From the IMG/VR virus record IMGVR_UViG_3300008110_000009: DNA of 64,000 nt. One strand, written 5' to 3'. Shown here in pieces: positions 38,076 to 47,200 of the stretch (its first letter is position 1; every line of letters starts with the position of its first letter). The position numbers and the translations under genes are program-made. The DNA is from a virus. The notes under the pieces were generated by a model that saw only the letters and a program-made list of their open reading frames with translations, searched no databases and was not told where the DNA came from.

Positions 38076-39467
38076 TTACTTGTTTAATAATTCTTTTTGT
38101 GCTAAATATTCGTTGTAGATTTTGTTCTTGCGCTGCTTTGCTTCTTCTTCCTTATCGGTTTTGAAACCAAGCAAAGTATTTTGATGGTCAACATCAATTT
38201 CAAGAAACTCATTATTGAATTTGCAGTTATTGAATACAACACCATCTTTACCGATTCTGGATTTCAATAATGTTAATGTTGCAAGATTCATTTCTTTTTG
38301 TTCAATTGTTTTACCAATAGACAATACAACGTGTCCAATTTGGGCTTTTTTAATAGATCCACCCATTTGATCTGTGGTTACTACTTCACTCTTAATAGAT
38401 TCTCTATTACCTTGGGTAGCAGTCCATATTGCGATATCAAATTCAGATGTCATAGCTTCTAATTGTCTCATAATTGCACCATCTCCCTTCCACTCTTCAT
38501 TATAATTTGTCTTCTCAGGGGTGATACAATCAACATAGTCCAAAGTTAGTAAATCTACTCTAAAACCATCAGCTTGCATCTTTCTTAATTTTGATTTAAT
38601 TTCAGAAATTGTAACAGAATCACTAGGTAACTTCAGTAATCTAAGCTCGCCAGTTGATATACTTTTTCTTTCTGTTACAATTTTCTCAACCTCTTCAGCA
38701 TGTAATGGTTGTTCTTTTGGAGAAATACCGGTCCAAATGGTAAAATGTTTTCGTTTAATGTTATTAACGTTATCTTCAAAGAAAACTTGAACAACATTGT
38801 AACCCTGATTAAAGGCCTCGTTAGAGAATTTAGTCAATAAAGTTGTTTTACCTGTTCCGGTTGGGGCTAAGACTACCCCAAGTTCGCCTCTTCCCAAACC
38901 ACCATCCAATAGGTTGTCAATACCCACAACGCCTGTTGGTATTGGTCTTCTATTATCAGCTTGTAAAGCTAAGCTAATACTATCAAAGATGTCTACTACA
39001 TCATTATCACTAACACCAACTTGTAGAGCGTCTTGAATTAGTTTCTCAATTTTGTGGTACTCTTCAAATTCACCCTTAGCTGTTATCTCCTCTATTTTCT
39101 TGATGGTTTTCTTAAGAACTTGCTGCTTACAGAAGTTCATAGCTTTGTCCTTAATTAAAGGAATTCCACCCTGATCAATAACGTGGTCTTGTATATTCTT
39201 AATGGTATCAATAAAAGCAGTCCTGGCTGTGTCTGAAACGCTTTCTGATAATATTTTTTGTTCTAATGCGGTATATGAAGGTAGTGTTTCGTATTTTTCA
39301 TAACACTCCTTAATATTTTGCATAATGAACTTAAACCCATTATTGTCAAAATAGTTTTGATCTATGACCTCAACAATAGTTTCACCGAATTTTCGGTCTT
39401 CTATAATAGTTTTTAATAGTGATATTTGATACGTTTGCCCTAAATGGCCAAAATTTTTCTCGGTCAT
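38076..39467 (-). CDS. Replicative DnaB-family helicase (T4 gp41-like)
   Basis: Walker [26 protein letters not shown]. Confidence 0.93.
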   Translation of the reverse strand: MTEKNFGHLGQTYQISLLKTIIEDRKFGETIVEVIDQNYFDNNGFKFIMQNIKECYEKYETLPSYTALEQKILSESVSDTARTAFIDTIKNIQDHVIDQGGIPLIKDKAMNFCKQQVLKKTIKKIEEITAKGEFEEYHKIEKLIQDALQVGVSDNDVVDIFDSISLALQADNRRPIPTGVVGIDNLLDGGLGRGELGVVLAPTGTGKTTLLTKFSNEAFNQGYNVVQVFFEDNVNNIKRKHFTIWTGISPKEQPLHAEEVEKIVTERKSISTGELRLLKLPSDSVTISEIKSKLRKMQADGFRVDLLTLDYVDCITPEKTNYNEEWKGDGAIMRQLEAMTSEFDIAIWTATQGNRESIKSEVVTTDQMGGSIKKAQIGHVVLSIGKTIEQKEMNLATLTLLKSRIGKDGVVFNNCKFNNEFLEIDVDHQNTLLGFKTDKEEEAKQRKNKIYNEYLAQKELLNK

Positions 39468-39496
39468 AAAATATATAAGTTATAAAATAAAATAAA

Positions 39497-39940
39497 TTAA
39501 AGTTCGTACTGAAGATATGTCGTCTCTGGATCGCTTACTGACAAAACTTCAGTTAAATCTGCCAAAATTCTTCTTAATTTTGGTCGAATGTCTACCGCGT
39601 ATCTAACCTTTGGGTGGTAATAGTGCGCAGCAAATATTCTTGAAATAAATACATCGTCACCTTGCTTAATTTGCAGTAAAAAATACTGTTCTTCCATCTC
39701 TTTAGGATCTTCCACAACTTCATTATTCATAAAAAATCCTTGATTTTCGATTAAGTATTCGGAACTTTTTATTTTCAAATCTTCCGAAATTTCTTCACAA
39801 ATATTTTTTACTTCATAATGCAGATTCATAGACTTCCTGGTATAAGGATTATAGTCTTTAACGTTAAAAAATCGCTGGCAGATGATATTGCCGTCTAGTG
39901 TAAGTAAAAATTCAAACTTGTTTTGTTCTTGAATGTTCAT
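39497..39940 (-). CDS. Hypothetical protein (147 aa)
   Basis: Well-formed ORF between exonuclease and helicase. Confidence 0.7.
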   Translation of the reverse strand: MNIQEQNKFEFLLTLDGNIICQRFFNVKDYNPYTRKSMNLHYEVKNICEEISEDLKIKSSEYLIENQGFFMNNEVVEDPKEMEEQYFLLQIKQGDDVFISRIFAAHYYHPKVRYAVDIRPKLRRILADLTEVLSVSDPETTYLQYEL

Positions 39941-39952
39941 AAGTCTTAGTTT

Positions 39953-40972
39953 TTATTTAATTTTAAATTTAATTGTATGTTTATTTTTTTCTTTAGTAGT
40001 TAGTCTTAGAAAAGGATTTAGGAATTTTATCCATGCATCATCACTCTTTGGTAAAACAGTGAAAATACCGTCCTCCATCATCATTTTCATAGTATTTTTA
40101 TAAGAACGCCCTTCGGTATCAAGATTTTCTTTTATTAAAGAATTAACACCATTTTTGGCTTCTTCGGTTAAAATTGGCTCATCCAAGCAAACCATTTTAT
40201 TATTTATATCAAAAAATTCATCACCGAAAACACCGAGCTTAGTAACACCAGTTAAAAAGTTCTGTACCAATTTATTTTCCTTGTCTTCCGAAAATAAAAG
40301 ATTACCTCTCTCTCTTGCTTCACTTAAAGTAATTTGCTTTTCTTTTATATCGGGGAAAAGTGAGATTAATCTTTTAATACCCATATTTTTAATACCGAAG
40401 ATGTTATCAGAAGGATCACCACATAAAATTTTAACCAGTTTGACATTTTCAATCAAGATAGTTTCATGATCATAATCAATTATGTCATTCTTCTTATATA
40501 CTTTTCTGTGTGATGGGTTATAGAGCGTTACATTCTCATTTACGAGCTGTGCTAAGTCCCTATCAGATGAGTAGATTATCTTTTTCTCTTTAGGAGAATT
40601 TTGTGTGTAGTAGGCGATGCAATCATCAGATTCACAATACTCGAATTCACCTTGCCTAACATAAAGTTCTTCCAAGTATTGTTTAATCCTAGATCTTTGC
40701 CTTTGGTATGAGAAAACTTCCTCTTCAGTCCTTGTTCTGGACTTTCTGTTCTCTTTGTAATGATGATATATTTTCTTTCTAGATATATGACCATCTTTAC
40801 CATCCCAGAATACGCAGATTTTATCAAGTTGATAATTTTCAAACGATCTTCTGAGTGTGTCGATAAAGTGAAATAATCCACCTATATGCTGACCTTTATA
40901 AAAATGGTTTTTTAAACCGTAGAAACCAATGGTTAATAGATTATCTCCATCAACCAACAATGTATTAGACAT
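39953..40972 (-). CDS. 5'-3' exonuclease / flap endonuclease (PolA N-terminal, T4 RNase H-like)
   Basis: LLVDGDN, WDG, YKENR, ESDDCIA, SSDRDL, GDPSDNIFGIKNMG. Confidence 0.93.
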   Translation of the reverse strand: MSNTLLVDGDNLLTIGFYGLKNHFYKGQHIGGLFHFIDTLRRSFENYQLDKICVFWDGKDGHISRKKIYHHYKENRKSRTRTEEEVFSYQRQRSRIKQYLEELYVRQGEFEYCESDDCIAYYTQNSPKEKKIIYSSDRDLAQLVNENVTLYNPSHRKVYKKNDIIDYDHETILIENVKLVKILCGDPSDNIFGIKNMGIKRLISLFPDIKEKQITLSEARERGNLLFSEDKENKLVQNFLTGVTKLGVFGDEFFDINNKMVCLDEPILTEEAKNGVNSLIKENLDTEGRSYKNTMKMMMEDGIFTVLPKSDDAWIKFLNPFLRLTTKEKNKHTIKFKIK

Positions 40973-40999
40973 TTAGTCTAGTCTTTAATAGTTAAACAA

Positions 41000-42031
41000 T
41001 CAATCTTCGTTCTCTTCTTCTGGTATCGGCTCAAACTTTAGTTCTTCAAGATTATCGACTTTTTCATCGAATAATGAGCTAATATAGTCTAAGTTATCCT
41101 TTACATAATCCTCTCTAGATTTTTTCTCTTCTGCAGCTTCTTTTGCTCTCATAAATCCATGAGGTGTAACCATAATTTTACCATCACCAAACTGAATACC
41201 GTTTACGTGGTTTTTCATAACTGTAATTTTACTTCTTGTTGCAACAGTTACAGTTCGCTTATTCTTAGTGATTGAAATTTTTGTTGTACCAGCATTTTTC
41301 TCGTTACCAAATCTGAATACTAATGTTGAATTCAACCAAATAGATTCACCACCCTTAGCTTTGATTTTAGGTTGACCAAATGGATTATCAGGAAGTTCAA
41401 CCCAAGGTTGGTTAACGATAATCAAAGTGTTTGTATGAGCCTTATCTGCTCTTCTAGAGCCAGATATTCTTTGGTTGATACCCATACCAATCTTATCAGA
41501 TAAAACAGACGCATTATGTTGCTTTCCGCCTTTACCTTCCCATGTCATCTTACATGGTACAGAACCAACAGAATCCCATAGGAATAACAAGTCATATGGT
41601 AATTCACCTTTTTCTTGTAAATCAAGCATCTCATTAATAAAATCTGTGATTTGCTCAATATATTCAAAATCGTTTCTAAAAATGAAATCACCAGAATATG
41701 TTACTTCTCCAGTTCCTTGATCAACATCTTTTGTTACAGGAATACCCATAATTGAAGCATGATCAAAATCAAACTTTTGTTCAGTGATTATAAAAATTGG
41801 TAACATACCTTTTTTAATACCATCTGCAGCTGCTCCAAGTAGTGCTGTGGTTTTACCTGTATCTGAGTGACCTAAAAACATATTAATATGACCTAATGCT
41901 GGCCCAGGTAAACCAGTTGCATCCAAAAATGCATCACCAAGGTCCAAAAAACGATCTGGTTTATATGTTGTTTTGCTTGAATATTTCGAAGCAAGTTGTG
42001 AAATCGAGAAGTTTTGTTTTTTTATAGCCAT
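41000..42031 (-). CDS. RecA/UvsX-like recombinase
   Basis: Walker A GHSDTGKT, Walker B LWDSVG, IVNQ, GGES, KNHV. Confidence 0.9.
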   Translation of the reverse strand: MAIKKQNFSISQLASKYSSKTTYKPDRFLDLGDAFLDATGLPGPALGHINMFLGHSDTGKTTALLGAAADGIKKGMLPIFIITEQKFDFDHASIMGIPVTKDVDQGTGEVTYSGDFIFRNDFEYIEQITDFINEMLDLQEKGELPYDLLFLWDSVGSVPCKMTWEGKGGKQHNASVLSDKIGMGINQRISGSRRADKAHTNTLIIVNQPWVELPDNPFGQPKIKAKGGESIWLNSTLVFRFGNEKNAGTTKISITKNKRTVTVATRSKITVMKNHVNGIQFGDGKIMVTPHGFMRAKEAAEEKKSREDYVKDNLDYISSLFDEKVDNLEELKFEPIPEEENED

Positions 42032-42082
42032 AATAATAATTTTTTAAAAATGGGCCATTGACGTTATCTCCGGCCCGTTGGG

Positions 42083-42931
42083 TTAGAATGGCAGATTTTC
42101 ATCTGCATCTTCATCTTCTTGTGGATCTTCAATTGGTGTAGAAACTGTTTGTTTTTTACCAACAATAACATCTTCTCCACTAGCACCTGAAACCCATTTT
42201 TTACCTTCTGAGTCCCAAGTAGGTGTTTCACCTTTTGCTACCATTTCCAAATATTCTTCTGGTTTTTTAGAATAAACATCAGACCAACTTAATTCATCGT
42301 TAACCCAACCTTTTGCCACTGTTTCATCTGAGTGAAGTGGTGATGGGTCTTCCGGAATGATAGAGTTAATTGTTGTGTATTCTTTACCATTACCAGATTT
42401 TGTTAATGTTAAGAATAACGTTAAGTCTCTACCTGTTTGTAGATCTGTAATATCTCCCTTCTTTTGGAATAATGGGAAAATCTTATCTAGAATACCGTCT
42501 TGTTTTGAATTGTGTTTAAATCTCCAAAACTTTGGTCCGTCTTGCTCATTATCGCGATCGATAACTTTTACAATATAGAACTTCTTAGAACGATATTGAC
42601 GAGCGTATTCTTTATCTGATTCTACACCTGTATTCATTAAACTTTGATACACCTCATTTAATGGAGAGCGCTTACCATCTTGCTTTGGATCGTATAATTT
42701 AACCCACTTTCCATCCACTTGGATTTCATGGAAATAAGCCTCTTTAAATGGTGATGTTCCATCTGCTGTAGGTAGAATTCTGATTCTGCGTTCTTCCCCT
42801 TTAGAGCCTTTAGGTAATACTGTTGTAAAATACCTTTTAAGTCTCTCTTCGCTAGATACTCTGTTGTTGTTTCCGCTTGCGGATTGCTTGCTTTTTTCGT
42901 ACTGTGCTAGTACTGCATCTACTGTACTCAT
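42083..42931 (-). CDS. Single-stranded DNA-binding protein (T4 gp32-like)
   Basis: IRILP, GRDL, acidic tail ending DENLPF; next to the recombinase. Confidence 0.85.
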   Translation of the reverse strand: MSTVDAVLAQYEKSKQSASGNNNRVSSEERLKRYFTTVLPKGSKGEERRIRILPTADGTSPFKEAYFHEIQVDGKWVKLYDPKQDGKRSPLNEVYQSLMNTGVESDKEYARQYRSKKFYIVKVIDRDNEQDGPKFWRFKHNSKQDGILDKIFPLFQKKGDITDLQTGRDLTLFLTLTKSGNGKEYTTINSIIPEDPSPLHSDETVAKGWVNDELSWSDVYSKKPEEYLEMVAKGETPTWDSEGKKWVSGASGEDVIVGKKQTVSTPIEDPQEDEDADENLPF

Positions 42932-42969
42932 ATTATTTGTTTTTAAATTGACAATAGTAAAATATAAAC

Positions 42970-42997
42970 AAAAAAACCCAGATTACAAAATCTGGGC
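42970..42997 (-). terminator. Rho-independent terminator
   Basis: GCCCAGATT-TTGT-AATCTGGGT followed by T-tract on minus. Confidence 0.85.
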
Positions 42998-43026
42998 TAA
43001 AAATATTTTAAAAAATATATAAAAAA

Positions 43027-43407
43027 TTATTCTAGGGTAAGTAAATATGCTAATTTGTTCAACGAACCCAACATTTCGTCTCTAAGGTTTAAAAGATCGG
43101 TATCTCTTTCTTGTGATAATTCACCACTAAAACCTATAAGTCTATTTTTTGCGGTTTGTAAAAATTCCACAATATTAAGTTCGGATAGGTTATTCATTTG
43201 GATGGTATTTGTAGAATTATCTAAAGCAAATCTACCATGTTTACCCATACAAATTTCAACATATTCGTCAATAAGACCGTCTAAAGTCTCATAAATTTCA
43301 CCAAAAGCTTTATGTCTAGCATAACCTTTAGTTTGCCAGTGTAATATTTTAAACTGATTCTGTAGTCCTAAAAAGAAATTTACATTAGAACTTAGGTTGT
43401 TGTTCAT
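43027..43407 (-). CDS. Ferritin/Dps-like four-helix protein (DUF5856-like)
   Basis: LHWQTKGYARHKAFGEIYETLDGLIDEYVE...NLRDEMLGSLNKLAYLLTL. Confidence 0.75.
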   Translation of the reverse strand: MNNNLSSNVNFFLGLQNQFKILHWQTKGYARHKAFGEIYETLDGLIDEYVEICMGKHGRFALDNSTNTIQMNNLSELNIVEFLQTAKNRLIGFSGELSQERDTDLLNLRDEMLGSLNKLAYLLTLE

Positions 43408-44026
43408 CTTGGTAAGGGTTAAAGCTTCCAGCTAGCTCTTCTTTTGAATAGTTCTCAATTTCGTTTTTTGTTAAAACATATTCGTTTTTACCGCTAGCTC
43501 TCATTTCGTCTTGTTTATGAGCAAAAAACTCTTGTGGTTTTTCGTTAAATGGATATGAATCCAGTGAACGCATCTCTAGCTTCTCTTGTGGGGTTTGTGG
43601 TTTCATTTCTTCAACTCTAGCACCCAGTTGATCAATTTTAGATATTATAGCGTCCATATTACTTAACTTAGACTCTAAATCGTCTAGTTTACTGAATACT
43701 GTATCCATTTTCTGGATAACACTATCATTTTCCATTTTTGAGGTTTCCAGTTCGTTTTTAATGTTTTTGGTCATATTAACCAAGTCGGTAACATCCACCT
43801 CTTCTGTTTCACCCATAGCTGGGCTATCAGGTAATCCTGGTGCTGCTGGAATTCCCGCATCTGGTGCTGGCATTTCTGGCGCAGCTGATGCGTCTGGCGC
43901 AGCTGGGGCGCCTGCTGGAGGTAAAGCGGCAGGCTCAGCCTGTTCTTTTATAATATAATGCTTAGTTGCATTTCTATTGATTTCTCTAAATCTATTAACC
44001 TCTTGTAAAAGCTTTTGTTCTAACAT
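43385..44026 (-). CDS. Hypothetical protein with Pro/Ala-rich linker and coiled coil
   Basis: 213-aa ORF; PAAP repeats, then heptad-like LDDLESKLSNMDAIISKIDQL. Confidence 0.7.
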   Translation of the reverse strand: MLEQKLLQEVNRFREINRNATKHYIIKEQAEPAALPPAGAPAAPDASAAPEMPAPDAGIPAAPGLPDSPAMGETEEVDVTDLVNMTKNIKNELETSKMENDSVIQKMDTVFSKLDDLESKLSNMDAIISKIDQLGARVEEMKPQTPQEKLEMRSLDSYPFNEKPQEFFAHKQDEMRASGKNEYVLTKNEIENYSKEELAGSFNPYQDEQQPKF

Positions 44027-44030
44027 AGTT

Positions 44031-44228
44031 TTAGTCTTGTAATAATTGTCTACCGTCTTCGGTAATGTATTTTTTATTTATTCTTTCAACAATACCATCT
44101 TTAGATCTGATGACATAACATTCACCAGTCTGCAAATCGCATTCTTCTCTTTCCATTTGGTCATTAGAAACAGCTTTTGTAACCTTTGGGTTTAAAAACT
44201 GATTGACCGCGTTATTTAACTTTTCCAT
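44031..44228 (-). CDS. Hypothetical protein (65 aa)
   Basis: ATG preceded by TATTTATA; abuts the next gene. Confidence 0.65.
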   Translation of the reverse strand: MEKLNNAVNQFLNPKVTKAVSNDQMEREECDLQTGECYVIRSKDGIVERINKKYITEDGRQLLQD

Positions 44229-44280
44229 AGTGTTAAAATGTATACATATAAATACTACAATCTTTATGTTTTTTCTGGTT

Positions 44281-47200
44281 TTATTTCCTTACGTACCTTA
44301 AATATAAAACATCCCCCTCAACTAACCTTAGTTTTCTCATTAAACTAGGACTAATAGCAAAGCCATATTGTGCATAAGTGGGATCATCTATACTAGGCCC
44401 ACTATGAACTGGGCCATCAAATTTACCGTCATTAGGATTGACGTTGGTCTCAAGTGTGTATGTTGCGTTTGATTTAGGTACATAAAAAATAGTATCCCAA
44501 CCAAAAAGGGTTTCTTTATTTGTGTTTGTTACATTCGCTCTTATAGAATAATATTCATATAACGGTCCAATGTCTGATAATTTAACAAGTTTATTAGGAT
44601 ATGCTTTCCATCCACTAACCATGGATAATTCTGCTGGTGACCCATTTTTAATTGGTATGTATTTTCCTGAGCCTAGAACACATACTCTAGATCTAAGCCA
44701 ATTCTCGTTGTTGTAGTTAATTGATTGAATATATTGTTCTGGTTTACCATTTATCTGTTGACCATTATATGGAAGTAGATCGCCAAATAAAAATCCGGAT
44801 GTTTTATTAATATTATTTAAATCTTCTCCTCTTGCTGGAGCTCCAGGATCAATTGTAAAAGTTTTATTATCTGTCGTTGTAATTGATTTAGCTGTTGTTT
44901 GAGCTTGATCCGATTGTTGTTTTTTCTTAACTGCAGCTGAAAGTATTCTACTAAATAGCGGCCTATAACTAGACATAAATGTACTTTCTAATGATGGTAA
45001 CGAACTATTAGAAATTCTAACACCAGTAAATGTTGTTTCAAATGTTCCTTGCTTAATTGCGTGATTAACGTCAAAAACAAGATATGTTCCAGCAAACATA
45101 GGAACATTAGCCAAATAAAAATACATGGTTGGCTGTATCATTGCATTACCCATACAAGTAACACTACATTGATACGAAGCTGTTTTATAAATGTCAAATA
45201 AACCTATATCAACAGCATGGCTACCGCCGCCACCTTGTGATCTTGCTAATCTTTCTTGTGCTAAAGCACTTTCTGTTGTATTCTTATATGTGCTTTGATC
45301 AAGAGAAATGTTTTTAAATATATTTTGTGCTTGATCACCAAAGTTTATTTCAAATGAAACTACTCTGTTTGATTTCGATAAATCAGCATCCATGAATATT
45401 TTTGGTTCAATCAATAACGGATTGTTGTTTGGATTTTTGATATCAAAACCATCGTTTTTAAATTTATACTCTTTACTAACTTTAGACATATCTAGATATT
45501 GAGATGTCTTGTTAATGTACTGAAGTATAATTTTAGGTGACGATTCTTGATAATCTACATCTAGGTGTGTGCCAAATAATGTACGCGCAATACTTTTAGA
45601 AGGTAGTATTTTTTTCTTATTAGTAGAATTAGTGCCATAGAAATTTACATAAGCCGGTAGCGGTCTCAAATCAAAGTTTGTTCCTTGAATCAATAATGAA
45701 ACTGCGCTATATAAATCTATTTTAATATTTTTTTCATCCGCTAATGAAATTAAACGTTCAAGACTTATGTATGCCTCATCTCCAATGTCTCTATTAGATC
45801 TATCTAAAAATAAAAATTCATCCATTAGACTTCTTTGGCCAATTGCGTTTCCAGAAATCCATTTATCATTAAAAGATTTAAAATATTGATATAAATCTAA
45901 TAATGTTGATTTTGCCTCATTAAATCCATGATAAATGGTGACCTTTCCTTCTAATGTTTCTTCTTTTAAAACTGAAAATTTTCTAGTAAGGTTATTTAAA
46001 AAGTCATTTAATCTATTTACCTGAGGACGGAATATATTAGCCTCTATATAAGTTTTAAAGTTAGTATAATTTGGTGAAAATCCAGGAGTATTAACAATTT
46101 GATCTTTGACCCATCCGGCATAAATTCTTGCTAATTCTCTATGTGCATATATATTTTCAGAGTTAACCTGAATATCGCTTATTTGAAAAAAGTGATGATA
46201 AAGGTTACTACTAATTCCGCTATATGTTGCACCAGTAATATTTTGACCAATGTATAATTCAATTAGTTTTTGATTTTGTGCTGTTAATTGAGAAACATTA
46301 TATTCATTTACACCATAAGTTTTTGATCTTCCGATATATCCACGAATAACATAATCATCAATTTGTCTAGGGTTACCAATTGTTAAAATATCTAAAGCTT
46401 TATTGTTTAAAAGTTGATTAGTTAAATCTTCTAGCTTTTTTGTTTGATTTTCCTTTATTTTTGTTTGGTATCCACTAGAATTAAAATCAATACCGTCTTT
46501 AGATATACTAGTAATTTCTTTCAAAAGACTTTGAAAAGAACTATAATCAATTCCCTCTTTTACTGTATCTAGATCGAGATCTAATGACGCAAAATTAATA
46601 AACATTTTTTCAAACTCATCTAATATGTCTGGGCTAAAAACGGCAATTAAATCCATCACGCGTTTTTTATTACCATTTAAAGTATATTCTCCAGAAATAT
46701 TTTCAAATCTTTCTCCATATGTTGGAAAGTACACTGTACTATATGATGGGTTGTTATTTAAATTATTTGAATCATAAATAAGTCTGAATGAATCTTGTGT
46801 TAGTGTATTGAAATTATTAATCAAGTCGGTTATTTGACCCCCGTTAAATGAAGGTAAAACAGTATAACGAGTATCCTTAGGTGAAAATATTGAATTATCA
46901 ACCAAACACGTAAAAGTATATCCGGATGTTGATGTTGGTTTGGATATAACAAACTTGGTCATTCCTGATGCTACTGCAGCAGAATATTGGTTTGCGGCAT
47001 TAGCAGCATTTGCACTTGTTTTTGTAAATCCAGATGGGTTATAAAAACTATACCCATTAACAATTTGTGAATAGATACCATGGTAGAATGGATACAACCC
47101 CACATAACTATTACTATTATATGTTGCGCCGGTTATTGTACTAGTCATTCCAGTTTGATCTGGTGTTGTATTTCCAGTTAAACTAAATGAAGCATTAGTT

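Noticed and set aside
34633-42031. Inteins, introns or homing endonucleases in nrdA, nrdB, dnaB or recA
   Set aside because: All have normal lengths and contiguous motifs.
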